From the IMG/VR virus record IMGVR_UViG_2740892429_000003: a stretch of 42,039 nucleotides of DNA; one strand, given 5' to 3'. Within the stretch, counting starts at the first letter, position 1, and each line of letters opens with the position of its first letter. The translations under genes were made by a program, and so were the position numbers. The DNA comes from a virus (Duplodnaviria > Heunggongvirae > Uroviricota > Caudoviricetes). The notes below the pieces were generated by a model. It saw only the letters and a list, made by a program, of their open reading frames with translations, had not been told where the DNA came from and did not search any database. Below, in pieces: positions 1 to 9,156 of the stretch.

Positions 1-267
1 ATGCGCAGAAAAGAGTCAAACGTTAGCAGTTTGCCGGAGCTCACCAATTTTGAGGTAAGCTATTCTCTGGTTACCAATGAAGTTTACTTGTCTGCATCCT
101 TCACTGATAACATGGCCAGTATACCAAACTGGCCCTTACAAGAATTTCCGGATCAACTAATATGCATTTCTCGAGCAAAAGCTGTTGCCCTAATCGAAGA
201 GCTCCAGAAGACCATCAACTATATGGATGCAGGAATAGATCGAAGTTCAGGTAGCCTTCTCCAGTAG
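1..267 (+). CDS. Hypothetical protein, possibly 5'-truncated by window edge
   Basis: ORF starts at window edge; low-GC; no motif recognised. Confidence 0.25.
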   Translation: MRRKESNVSSLPELTNFEVSYSLVTNEVYLSASFTDNMASIPNWPLQEFPDQLICISRAKAVALIEELQKTINYMDAGIDRSSGSLLQ

Positions 268-329
268 CTGACGAGTTTTATAATAATTTGATATATATAT
301 ATATCGTTCAATATTAGCGAGTACTTATA

Positions 330-977
330 ATGAGTGAATTTAGTAATTTTTTAAATAGCATTCCTGGATGGTTATCCTCCTCCCTCACAGCTCTAGTTGG
401 TACTCTTATTGGCGGATGGTTTACCCTAAAAGGAGTTACCCAACAAGCTAAGCTGTCTAAAGTAGAGACAGAAAGAGAATCCCTTGAATTGCAACTTTCA
501 GTATTAAAAGGTGTTAAGGGAGAAGTTTTCACCCTAATCAATTTATATAATAAAAGGATGAAAACACACATTGATAATATCAAACCCGGACAGATGTTAA
601 TTCTCACTTTCCCTGTAGGGGATGATAATTTCACATTCTATGAGCAAAATGCGAATGTCATTGCAAAACTAAATGATTCTGCCAGAGACTCAATAATTAA
701 TATCTACACATATTCACGGTCATTAATACAATCATTTAAAGGAAACAACAAACTCATTGAGGATTATGAAAAAATCCTTATTGGTATGGCTGACAATAAC
801 AAAGATAAAACCATGTATAAGAGATTACATGATGAAAAAATAGATGTAATGGTAGATTATGCTCAAGGGATAAAAAATATTGATGCAGAGCTAAGAGATG
901 CAGTCAATAAGGGATTCAACATTATCGACCAAGAAGTAAAGTCGCTACAAATGAAATTAAACAAATTAGCTTCATAG
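330..977 (+). CDS. Membrane-anchored hypothetical protein (cargo gene at tail-fiber end)
   Basis: 215 aa; hydrophobic N-terminal helix (LSSSLTALVGTLIGGWFTL) then K/E-rich coiled-coil-like region; low-GC versus tail genes. Confidence 0.5.
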   Translation: MSEFSNFLNSIPGWLSSSLTALVGTLIGGWFTLKGVTQQAKLSKVETERESLELQLSVLKGVKGEVFTLINLYNKRMKTHIDNIKPGQMLILTFPVGDDNFTFYEQNANVIAKLNDSARDSIINIYTYSRSLIQSFKGNNKLIEDYEKILIGMADNNKDKTMYKRLHDEKIDVMVDYAQGIKNIDAELRDAVNKGFNIIDQEVKSLQMKLNKLAS

Positions 978-1023
978 AAATGCTCCACTCCCTGTTCAAG
1001 ATTTTTACAAGCTTATCAGCCAG

Positions 1024-1056
1024 CCGTGGCACGTTCTTGCATACGACGTGCCACGG
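1024..1056 (+). terminator. Perfect 11-bp inverted repeat hairpin (ccgtggcacgt / acgtgccacgg), possible terminator
   Basis: Arms at 1024..1034 and 1046..1056 with 11-nt loop, followed by short T-rich stretch; lies between ORF 330..977 and the invertase remnant. Confidence 0.4.
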
Positions 1057-1061
1057 TTTCA

Positions 1062-1187
1062 TTCATCTCCGACCGGAAACTTCTTATACAAAGTCGATAC
1101 GCCAACATCATAGATGATCGCCACTTTCTGGCGAGAAACTCCTGATGCAATTTGTCGTCCAGCCTGCGCCCATTGCTCCGGCGTGAG
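1062..1187 (-). pseudogene. C-terminal remnant of a serine-recombinase DNA invertase (Gin/Pin/Hin type)
   Basis: Minus-strand translation LTPEQWAQAGRQIASGVSRQKVAIIYDVGVSTLYKKFPVGDE-stop matches the invertase C-terminal HTH (Gin ...EWEQAGRLLAQGIPRKQVALIYDVALSTLYKKHP); no start codon, N-terminal catalytic domain absent; upstream sequence is low-GC insert. Confidence 0.6.
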
Positions 1188-1271
1188 AGTAAGACAGTAA
1201 ACTGTAGAAAAATCTCATTAACCTTAATATAATAATAAGTTACAGAATTATCTTTACTGAATAATAGACAT

Positions 1272-1817
1272 ATGAATATTAGTGAACTTAAAAACTGTAT
1301 ACACTATGAAGTAATAGGTTATAAACGCCCTTTCTCCTGGCGAAAAGCAATTGTTCGCGCAATAAAACACAGAAGATTACGTTATTTATTTTGGTGGCGC
1401 ATAGCCAAATACCTTTTTGATAAAGGCGGATACTGTCGGAAGATTGCGAAAAAAATAGAACGTTTCATTCTTGATAAATATAATGTAACCGTTCCCTTAA
1501 CTGTAAATATTGGTAAAGGGTTCGACATATCTTATCTCAATGGCGTTGTTATCGGTCACAAAGTTACAATAGGTGAAAATTGTTCAATTAAGCCTGGAGT
1601 AACTATTGGACTTCGCGGTGAATTTAATGATATGGATATTGTCATAGGAAATAATGTAACCATTGGCTGTAACGCCACCATCCTTGGTGGCAAAGTGCAT
1701 ATAGGGAATAATGTAAAAATAGGAGCTCATGCATTGGTACTGCATGACATTCCTGATGACTCCACATTCATTACTAAATTTCACTCTGAAATTATTTATA
1801 ACTCATCTCACACATAA
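1272..1817 (+). CDS. Hexapeptide-repeat O-acetyltransferase (WcaB/CysE-like left-handed beta-helix)
   Basis: 181 aa with tandem hexapeptide repeats (VVIGHKVTIGENCSIKPGVTIG...IVIGNNVTIGCNATILGGKVHIGNNVKIGAHALV); very low GC; opposite orientation to flanking tail genes. Confidence 0.75.
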   Translation: MNISELKNCIHYEVIGYKRPFSWRKAIVRAIKHRRLRYLFWWRIAKYLFDKGGYCRKIAKKIERFILDKYNVTVPLTVNIGKGFDISYLNGVVIGHKVTIGENCSIKPGVTIGLRGEFNDMDIVIGNNVTIGCNATILGGKVHIGNNVKIGAHALVLHDIPDDSTFITKFHSEIIYNSSHT

Positions 1818-1827
1818 TTCCGTTTAA

Positions 1828-2400
1828 TCACAGCTCTGGCCATACGATATCCGGGGCTGTATTTATATCAATCCGACTCACTAATACCCGGTATTTTTTC
1901 CAGGAAGATAGCATCGATACTTCCTCATCAGTTGCCATTTCAAAATTAACAGCATCCTGCAGAATTGTTATGTTATCAGTCGCTTCCTGGATTAATCTTG
2001 CCTTTTTCTCTTCCGCCTCCCGGATCCGGAACAGTTTTTCTCCTTCTGCATCTTTCACCCAGGCTGTGCCGTTCCACTTCTGAAACTCCCCATCCGGCGA
2101 CAACCAGGTGACGTTTTCCGGTAACGGACCGAGTTCAGAAATAAATAATGCGTCCCCTGATGCCACGTCATAAACCGTTTTACCCCGATGATCTTCAACG
2201 AGATGCCACGATGACTCATCACTGTTGAAAACAGCCACGAAGCCAGCCGGAATATCTGGCGGTGCAATATAGGTACTGTTTGCAGGCAGACCTGTATGAG
2301 GTGGAATATATGCATCACCTTCACCAATAAATTCATTAGTTCCGGACAGCAGATTATAAATTTTTATGGTCCGTGATTGTTCACTCATTCTGAATGCCAT
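1828..2400 (-). CDS. Tail fiber assembly protein (Tfa, Mu U / P2 G-like)
   Basis: 190 aa; immediately downstream of tail fiber gene with overlapping stop/start; typical Tfa N-terminal sequence ([35 protein letters not shown]). Confidence 0.8.
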   Translation of the reverse strand: MAFRMSEQSRTIKIYNLLSGTNEFIGEGDAYIPPHTGLPANSTYIAPPDIPAGFVAVFNSDESSWHLVEDHRGKTVYDVASGDALFISELGPLPENVTWLSPDGEFQKWNGTAWVKDAEGEKLFRIREAEEKKARLIQEATDNITILQDAVNFEMATDEEVSMLSSWKKYRVLVSRIDINTAPDIVWPEL

Positions 2401-3515
2401 TATGCAAGCCTCACAATATAGTTAAATGCGATGTTTTTGACGGTGTTTTCCGCGTTACCAGCAGCGTTAACGGTGATGGTGTGTCCATGTGAACCAATCG
2501 CAACAGAGTGCGTATGTGCACCAATAGCGACAGTATGTGTATGCGCCCCAGCACTTGCTGCAGTACCTGATACTGAGTGGGTATGCGCGCCAGCAGAATT
2601 CGTTGCACCTAAGTGAGTTTGAGCAGAGTTCGACGAAGCTACTCTACCGGAGCTAACGTTAGCATTATCCCCCTGAGATATCGGATGCGTATGTGCACCT
2701 GCTGAAGCTGCTGTTCCGCTAACGCTATGGGTATGCGCACCAGTGTTATTCGTAGATTTAGTTCCATAATCAAACGATGATGTGTTTTTTGTCCCTAAAT
2801 CTGTATTTGAAGCACTGGCGCTGTGGGTGTGCGATTTAATGCCGTCTTGTTCCTGGCTAAGAACATCACGTCCACTTGCAGGCTTACCTTTGATTGTCCA
2901 GCCACGCATATCAGGGATCACGCCTGACGGATAAGCGGCTGCAAGTTTCGGGTATGCAGACTTATCAAAAGTCTGTCCCTGCATCAGAGCATAACCAGAT
3001 GGAACTGTATCTGATGGCCACGGGATCGGGGCACCTACAGGAAAGGTCGAATTATTTTCCAAACCAAGATATTTAAGGACATCAGCAACAGAGCTTTTTG
3101 CCAAAATATCTCGCCCAACCTGTGTCAGGTCAGCCAAATTAGCGGTATCTTGATTGGTAAAATACGGTAATTTGTTTTCGGATGCTGAAAGATTAGCAAG
3201 TGCGGTAAGTATGGCATTAATTCTCTGATAGTTCTTATCTAATGCAGACGACATTTTTGCGATAAAGCCGGCCTGATCGCCATCGTCCTGTACATCCAGT
3301 CCACTTTCATTTGCTGTATATTGTGCCATTGCAGATGCAATAAAGCTGGCCTGCCGAATAACCTTATTGACTTGCGCACTGGATGCTTTCCCTGCTGTAA
3401 ATCCGGATAAAAGCGCAGGCAACGCTTCCCATTCCTCCTGCGACATAACATTGGCATTTTTACCCGTTGCGAATGCTTTAAAGTCATTTTTTGCCATCAG
3501 AGTAATACTCCCCAT
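2400..3515 (-). CDS. Tail fiber protein with C-terminal His-X-His repeat tip
   Basis: 371 aa; C-terminus with repeated [19 protein letters not shown] units and terminal [12 protein letters not shown]; position after baseplate genes. Confidence 0.75.
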   Translation of the reverse strand: MGSITLMAKNDFKAFATGKNANVMSQEEWEALPALLSGFTAGKASSAQVNKVIRQASFIASAMAQYTANESGLDVQDDGDQAGFIAKMSSALDKNYQRINAILTALANLSASENKLPYFTNQDTANLADLTQVGRDILAKSSVADVLKYLGLENNSTFPVGAPIPWPSDTVPSGYALMQGQTFDKSAYPKLAAAYPSGVIPDMRGWTIKGKPASGRDVLSQEQDGIKSHTHSASASNTDLGTKNTSSFDYGTKSTNNTGAHTHSVSGTAASAGAHTHPISQGDNANVSSGRVASSNSAQTHLGATNSAGAHTHSVSGTAASAGAHTHTVAIGAHTHSVAIGSHGHTITVNAAGNAENTVKNIAFNYIVRLA

Positions 3516-4177
3516 GCCCCTACATCAAAACCACTGATAAATTCGTTATCCATATCAAAACCAAAAAATTTTGAGCCTTCCGATGGGGTTTCCACCGAAG
3601 GTGTTTCAATGCCCCCCGCCCATACCCCGGCGGCTTTTACTGTGAGATACCCCTGTTTAATTGCCGCAATTAACTCACGCGATACATCTGAAATATCAGT
3701 ATCAGGAAAGACCCAGACCGATATCGTCATGTCCTGGTTATCGACTATCTGCATTCGCAGCCCGGATCCTGCTGTTGCCGCGTCAAGAATTGCCGGAAGC
3801 GAATCATTCCGTCCGTCCCAGTTATTAATCGCAATCTTCGCTTTAAGAATGACACGATAAGTTTCATCGCGGAGATACATGTATCCAGAATCAGGATCAT
3901 ATGGCCCCTGCCATACACCCTGATCATATCCAAGCCCGTCGGTATCCCAGCTGAAATAGACACCTGAGATAAGCTGGCTGACAACACGGCTACGTCCGAT
4001 CCACAATCCCAGAATGTCAAGTTGCACACCAACCGCAGAGTCAATATCAAATGCAGTAATCAGCCCTCTGGTGGCCGCCGCAACATCAATAAGCGGCCGG
4101 GTCATCAGATCAACATGTGCAAGAAATTTAGGTTTGGTGGCGTGGTAGTTCGTGATTAGTTCGGTGTATTTGCTCAT
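3497..4177 (-). CDS. Baseplate/tail protein (Mu gp48 / P2 gpI-like)
   Basis: 226 aa; gene order between baseplate J-like and tail fiber. Confidence 0.55.
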   Translation of the reverse strand: MSKYTELITNYHATKPKFLAHVDLMTRPLIDVAAATRGLITAFDIDSAVGVQLDILGLWIGRSRVVSQLISGVYFSWDTDGLGYDQGVWQGPYDPDSGYMYLRDETYRVILKAKIAINNWDGRNDSLPAILDAATAGSGLRMQIVDNQDMTISVWVFPDTDISDVSRELIAAIKQGYLTVKAAGVWAGGIETPSVETPSEGSKFFGFDMDNEFISGFDVGAWGVLL

Positions 4178-5373
4178 GACTCCACCGTTATAACGATATT
4201 TTCCGGGGTACAGGACGCAGATTCGTTGTATCTGATATCAACGTTTGATGACGACAAAGCCCCCGGGGATTTCCCAATCGTCAGTTCCTGAATATCGTAA
4301 TAGCGTGCATTCCCGCCACTCACCACGCTAAGATTCGCCGGTGAGTAAATGCGACTTAAAAGGACCGAATCACCAATCATCAGACTATTGATATAGTCGG
4401 AAATAGCCTGCTGGATCTGCTGCCCTATCTGTGAGGTATAACCCGTAAAAACTTTTAATTTGATCCGGGCATAAACAGGTACATCACTGGAACGCGAGAA
4501 CTTGATTACATGGGGATTGCCGTATTTATCCGGAACCGTAACGGATGTTGTACCGTGAGTGGCTGTCCCCTGACCTTTATTCCCTCTGATAGCCTGAGCA
4601 ATATCCGTCACATCACCGCCATCCACAATTACAGCAACAGAGTGTGGCGGTAACCCGTTACCGTCCTCCGAACCAGTATCGTTTTCATAGAGTTTGTGGC
4701 GGGTTACACCTGTAACATTAGAAACAGCACCATCCAGTGCTTCAAATGGGGTTATTGATGGCAACGCAACACTTTGCGACTGGCGGATACGTAACTCCGC
4801 ATCAGTTTCTGCCGGAGTGCCCACCGTAGCTGCAGCAGGATTGGTTACCGAAACCCAGCCACGGGTTGGCGTATTAATTTCAGTGATAGTTCCAGCCAGC
4901 GCCGCCACTGCACCACTGACAGAACATGTTGCGGTCGCCATCACTGTACCATCCACGCCGACCACCACTGAAGCAGGCAAACGCCATATCACATTATTAC
5001 TGTCTTTCACGCTGCCATTAATGATGGTTGTTCCGGCAGTTCCTGTAAGAAGCAAATCAACCGTAGAATTCGTCGCGCCTTTACGTGAAATACCATTTAT
5101 TTTCACGTTACTGGTCAGTGCGGCTCCATAGCCGGTTGCTGGTGAAAAACAGTTATAGACAGTTATCGCCATATTATTGGCATCATGAATCGCCAGCGCC
5201 ATCAGAGCCACCATCTGGCCGTCTTTACTGTCTGGTTCGAGGTAGGCATCACTGCCATAAATCTGCTGAAAATAGCTAATCAGGGTGCTGAGTATCGTCT
5301 GATAATCAGGCGCACTGATCCCCTCCGCGGTTACCTTTGCAGATAAACCGAGAGAATCAAGGTTCAGAGCCAT
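4174..5373 (-). CDS. Baseplate J-like protein
   Basis: 399 aa; size, composition and position typical of baseplate J (Mu gp47 / P2 gpJ). Confidence 0.6.
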   Translation of the reverse strand: MALNLDSLGLSAKVTAEGISAPDYQTILSTLISYFQQIYGSDAYLEPDSKDGQMVALMALAIHDANNMAITVYNCFSPATGYGAALTSNVKINGISRKGATNSTVDLLLTGTAGTTIINGSVKDSNNVIWRLPASVVVGVDGTVMATATCSVSGAVAALAGTITEINTPTRGWVSVTNPAAATVGTPAETDAELRIRQSQSVALPSITPFEALDGAVSNVTGVTRHKLYENDTGSEDGNGLPPHSVAVIVDGGDVTDIAQAIRGNKGQGTATHGTTSVTVPDKYGNPHVIKFSRSSDVPVYARIKLKVFTGYTSQIGQQIQQAISDYINSLMIGDSVLLSRIYSPANLSVVSGGNARYYDIQELTIGKSPGALSSSNVDIRYNESASCTPENIVITVES

Positions 5374-5726
5374 TACGCCTCCGATGTAACAGTCGTTATT
5401 CCATAGAGAGTGTCGATTTCAGTGGAAAACCTGACACGTCGGGTCGTGGTATCCACCGTAGTATTGAAAGAGAGGATTGATTTAACGCCCCGCGTTTCGA
5501 GGATGCGCTTACGGATCGCCAGGTTGTAGGTTTCCGGCTTCTGCTTACCGAGTACGGACTGGATCCACGGAGTCCCCTCGGTGGTGTCGAGAAACCATTG
5601 CCCATACCACAATTCGAATCGCGTTTTTACCGCCTGCGCCACGGCCTCCGGTAAGTTAATCAGCCAGGTGTCATCACCGCTGCCAAAGGTGTAATCGCCA
5701 TCGGCGTCTTCACGTCTGTATCGCAT
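5373..5726 (-). CDS. Baseplate wedge protein (gpW/gp25-like)
   Basis: 117 aa; translationally coupled between spike-like and J-like genes. Confidence 0.5.
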   Translation of the reverse strand: MRYRREDADGDYTFGSGDDTWLINLPEAVAQAVKTRFELWYGQWFLDTTEGTPWIQSVLGKQKPETYNLAIRKRILETRGVKSILSFNTTVDTTTRRVRFSTEIDTLYGITTVTSEA

Positions 5727-6478
5727 CAGTTTACTCCGTCGGTATTGCTTCCACCGCGCTGAACACCACCATGAGTGTGCGTATCATCGATTGGCTTGCC
5801 GTTAGCCTTCACGCTACCCAAAAACTCAACAGCACCAGTGATTTTTGAAGCCACACCAGAAACAACAGCCCCCACCATGCCACCCATCCAGGTTAACAGT
5901 CCATGAATGGTTACTTTCTCAGAAAAATCAGCCAGAGGGGCAACCACATCAAGACCACCCGGAGCGACAATTTTAATTTTCCTGGTATCAGGATTAAGCT
6001 CAAAATAGGTGCTGCCGTCATCACTACGCAACTGTGTGGCACTGGTATTAATACCGCTAATCTTCCTTGCCTGCGACTGGGGACCGACAATACAAAACGC
6101 ATCCGATAAATCATGCATTCTGTCATCGACCGGCTCCTGTATCCCGCCGCTCTGCCACCAGAAATCAATACAACGATCGGCAAAAATCACCAAACACTCA
6201 TCACCGGCTTTTACCGGAAAAGTCAACGTACATCCTCCGCCGCGCGGGAATACCACTGGCACATCCACCAGCAATGGGTAATTTTGGGTAATGCGGTTGC
6301 CGTCATTATCCTTTTCAACCGAACGGATAGCAGGCTGCACAACTGCCGTCACCGCATCAGGATCGAATGACTGAATAATGCCAGGCAAGGCGACACGGAT
6401 CTGGTTCTTTGTTGTTTCCCGTTCAGATTTGAATGTTTCGGCAAGGTCGCCGCTGCGGGTCTGGTCAGATACGGCCAT
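5726..6478 (-). CDS. Baseplate spike / assembly protein V-like
   Basis: 250 aa; position and size consistent with Mu gp45 / P2 gpV. Confidence 0.5.
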   Translation of the reverse strand: MAVSDQTRSGDLAETFKSERETTKNQIRVALPGIIQSFDPDAVTAVVQPAIRSVEKDNDGNRITQNYPLLVDVPVVFPRGGGCTLTFPVKAGDECLVIFADRCIDFWWQSGGIQEPVDDRMHDLSDAFCIVGPQSQARKISGINTSATQLRSDDGSTYFELNPDTRKIKIVAPGGLDVVAPLADFSEKVTIHGLLTWMGGMVGAVVSGVASKITGAVEFLGSVKANGKPIDDTHTHGGVQRGGSNTDGVN

Positions 6479-6496
6479 TTAGTAGGCTCCAGAAAG

Positions 6497-6520
6497 CAAA
6501 AAACCCGCCGAAGCGGGTTT
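6497..6520 (-). terminator. Rho-independent terminator (minus strand)
   Basis: Minus-strand stem ACCCGC-ttcg-GCGGGT followed by TTTTTTGCTTT; sits directly downstream of the inserted cassette 6536..7784. Confidence 0.6.
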
Positions 6521-6535
6521 GAAAGGATGTATGGA

Positions 6536-7108
6536 TTATTTAGGTTTCTTCCTACCATAAACAAACACTGTAGTTAATCCTACGAGATCTAAAGTAGCAA
6601 GAGTACCTGCGAACCAAGTGTTACCGCGATTAGCAAAAAACGCAGCCATTATAAGCACTACCATTGCAATGCAAAATCCCATCCATTGCCCACGTTTGTC
6701 GCGTGAAACCGCACCAAGTAATGCATCACTTTGCGTCTTATGCCTATGCTCTTGCTCTTTTTCGGTTAGCCTGAAAATTCTCTCAGCGCCGCCGGGTAAT
6801 ATTTGATTATATTGTAAGAGCATAGCAGGAGGTGGGAGTGGTCCCTGAAAAGACTCCTGCTGAAACATGGCAATAACCTTCGGGTTCTTAGAAACTCTCT
6901 CAAGAAGTTCAGGTGTTAACTTCGATTTTAGCTCAGGATCAAGGTTGGCAACTGCAGACAGCTTTTCCACTACTTCCTGAGACTCATCATATTCCGAGGA
7001 ATCAATATCTTCGTCGATACCATCCGAATCAGGAACGGCTTTTTGCGACGCTTTGTTTTCCTGATGCTTTTTGAGAACGGCCGCCTGCTTGCGGGGTTTT
7101 GAACTCAT
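6536..7108 (-). CDS. Cargo gene: inner-membrane protein with acidic N-terminal region and two C-terminal TM helices
   Basis: 190 aa; D/E/S-rich N-terminal half, C-terminal GFCIAMVVLIMAAFFA and LATLDLVGLTTVFVYG; lower GC than tail genes; start may lie further downstream. Confidence 0.45.
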   Translation of the reverse strand: MSSKPRKQAAVLKKHQENKASQKAVPDSDGIDEDIDSSEYDESQEVVEKLSAVANLDPELKSKLTPELLERVSKNPKVIAMFQQESFQGPLPPPAMLLQYNQILPGGAERIFRLTEKEQEHRHKTQSDALLGAVSRDKRGQWMGFCIAMVVLIMAAFFANRGNTWFAGTLATLDLVGLTTVFVYGRKKPK

Positions 7109-7268
7109 ACCTGATAACTCTGTTCATGTCACTTGCAATGACTTTAACATCACTTCTTATTGCCCGACAATCAGATCCAGAAGCAGCATATTGCCAGTAA
7201 TCTGTAGTCGGCATAATGTCCATAACACTACCGGCAGCGGCTAAGTAACGATTAACGATTTTCCTCAT
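7029..7268 (-). CDS. Cargo gene: small hypothetical protein
   Basis: 79 aa from ATG preceded by GGGAGGGG SD (MRKIVNRYLAAAG...); 3' end overlaps next ORF by about 80 nt, so real extent is uncertain. Confidence 0.35.
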   Translation of the reverse strand: MRKIVNRYLAAAGSVMDIMPTTDYWQYAASGSDCRAIRSDVKVIASDMNRVIRYEFKTPQAGGRSQKASGKQSVAKSRS

Positions 7269-7433
7269 ATCCCCTCCCATAGTGAACATCAGTGGAGCGC
7301 AGAGTTTACCTTTAAGGTAAAGTATAGACAACTACTGTGTACAGATGGTTCAAAAAATGCGTTAACCAGTATTATTTTGTTAAAATTAGCGCAATTGGCA
7401 ACAGTTCATCCATAATATTATGGGCGTCAAAAA

Positions 7434-7784
7434 TCATCGCCCAGCCACTTTTTTACAAGGGAATGATCCGATGATTTTCGGCGCATCCATGCTGTTTTGC
7501 AGAAGCTGGACACTCAGGAGTCGCGTTTCGGTGCCCGGTCGATGGATATACTCGAACCCATAATTGTGGCCATCTTTGGCAGGCATCAGCCCCATTTTGA
7601 TCTGCATGCCTGTACCGTCTTTACCCAACATTTTTACTTTTTGGGACGTTACTGTTTCGCCATTGATTTTAAATAATGAGTCAGGGATCGCATCCATACG
7701 AAAGTTACCGCATTGCATCGTTATGGTGTTTGCACTTACACCAACAGACACTAACGCCAGCAATGAAAATATCCATCGTTTCAT
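7434..7784 (-). CDS. Cargo gene: secreted/periplasmic protein with cleavable signal peptide
   Basis: 116 aa from MKRWIFSLLALVSVGVSA-NT (signal peptide, AXA-type site); two Cys in mature part; SD GAGAGG upstream; starts 3 nt after the stop of tail gene 7787..8851. Confidence 0.55.
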   Translation of the reverse strand: MKRWIFSLLALVSVGVSANTITMQCGNFRMDAIPDSLFKINGETVTSQKVKMLGKDGTGMQIKMGLMPAKDGHNYGFEYIHRPGTETRLLSVQLLQNSMDAPKIIGSFPCKKVAGR

Positions 7785-7786
7785 TT

Positions 7787-8851
7787 CTATAATCCTCTCT
7801 GCAAAGCAGTGCTGGATGGCATATCCTGCGCACCGCGCGCTTCGCACATCATATCCATGTACCACGCCTGGCCCCTTGTGTCACCAGTGTACATAATCCC
7901 GCGCACAATATAAACGCCATCCGTTGCGATGCTGGCAGGCTGCGATGTGGTGCCGCTGAGCGTGATATTTCCGTCTGTGTTCTGGTCGGTGATCTGCCCA
8001 CCGGCCATCGCGATATCGTTGTTCGACAACGCGGTACGATACACGGAAGCCTGATCCAGCTGAATGAGCCCGTTAACCCGGATGTTCGGATTAATAAGCG
8101 CACGGACGTTTACGCCGTTACCGATGGTCTGCTGAGGCATACCAATAAGCCCCGTGGCACTGTTGAGCACAATCGCTTCGTGAACATATTCGTTATTCGC
8201 CACCATCTGGCGCTGACCGTCCACGAATTGCCATGTTGCGCCACATTGCCCGGCTACGTTATCCATTAGATGCCGCGTCATGCCAAAGAGCACCCGTCCC
8301 CGGGGGAATACAGTAGCAGGCATTTCAGGCGTCAGGCCTTCGGTCGCGCCTTTGGCTTCGAAGTCTTTCATCAGCGCACGGTTCACATCAGCGACCGTGT
8401 AACCGGCAGCCAGCGTCTGTGAGGTTATACTGGTGGCAAAAGCCAGATCAGTATCTGCTGCCTGAATCAGGACGTAGGAATCAACCGGACTGTCTTTTCC
8501 TGTGACCGAGTAGCGAATTTCACCGCTGAAAATTAGTCCGTAGTTGCGGCCATCACTCTGGCCCACGTCCGCCGCGTCAACTTCCCGCACAGTCCCGACG
8601 TCACTTGCCGACACCTCCGGCGCGATACCGTCGTAACCCGCAATCAGACGCACTTTCGAAAACTCCTGCCCGGTGATTCGGTTCACAGTATCTGCCGAGA
8701 GGTTATAAATTTTGATAGTCCCTACCCGGGACGCGCTGCTGATGTTGAACCAGTCGATCGTAAAGGTGACTTTAAAATCACTTAGCTCAATTCCCTGACC
8801 GTTCTCGTCCACAAGCTGCAGCTCGAAATGTCTCATCCAGTTCTGTGACAT
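7787..8851 (-). CDS. Tail protein, gpD-like (late control D / baseplate hub family)
   Basis: 354 aa; position downstream of tape measure and small tail proteins; inference from synteny. Confidence 0.5.
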   Translation of the reverse strand: MSQNWMRHFELQLVDENGQGIELSDFKVTFTIDWFNISSASRVGTIKIYNLSADTVNRITGQEFSKVRLIAGYDGIAPEVSASDVGTVREVDAADVGQSDGRNYGLIFSGEIRYSVTGKDSPVDSYVLIQAADTDLAFATSITSQTLAAGYTVADVNRALMKDFEAKGATEGLTPEMPATVFPRGRVLFGMTRHLMDNVAGQCGATWQFVDGQRQMVANNEYVHEAIVLNSATGLIGMPQQTIGNGVNVRALINPNIRVNGLIQLDQASVYRTALSNNDIAMAGGQITDQNTDGNITLSGTTSQPASIATDGVYIVRGIMYTGDTRGQAWYMDMMCEARGAQDMPSSTALQRGL

Positions 8852-8853
8852 GC

Positions 8854-9156
8854 TTACTCCGTTGATACCAGTAAATGGCTGCGACCGCCCAGGTCAGTTT
8901 TTGTGGGGTAATCCTGTGTGTTGTCATCACAGACCACCACCAGCTTAAAACCAAGCCCCATACAGGCGTACTGCGCCAGCAGGTCGGCACCAGTGACGAG
9001 AGGAATACCGGAGATTACCGGCTCCCCTCTGTCGTTCTGCAGGTCCATAATCCAGTACAGATCGCGCCATATGATGCTAATCCGCCAGGTAACACCACCT
9101 AAGACGATGCTGAACTGCTGGTTGTCCGCTGTCAGCGGAATTTCCTGAATTGTCAT
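8854..9156 (-). CDS. Tail-associated protein
   Basis: 100 aa; translationally coupled in tail cluster. Confidence 0.4.
   Translation of the reverse strand: MTIQEIPLTADNQQFSIVLGGVTWRISIIWRDLYWIMDLQNDRGEPVISGIPLVTGADLLAQYACMGLGFKLVVVCDDNTQDYPTKTDLGGRSHLLVSTE

Noticed and set aside
291-304. (AT)7 dinucleotide tract
   Set aside because: Short simple-sequence tract in an AT-rich intergenic region; may contribute to a promoter or slippage but there is no evidence of a specific function.
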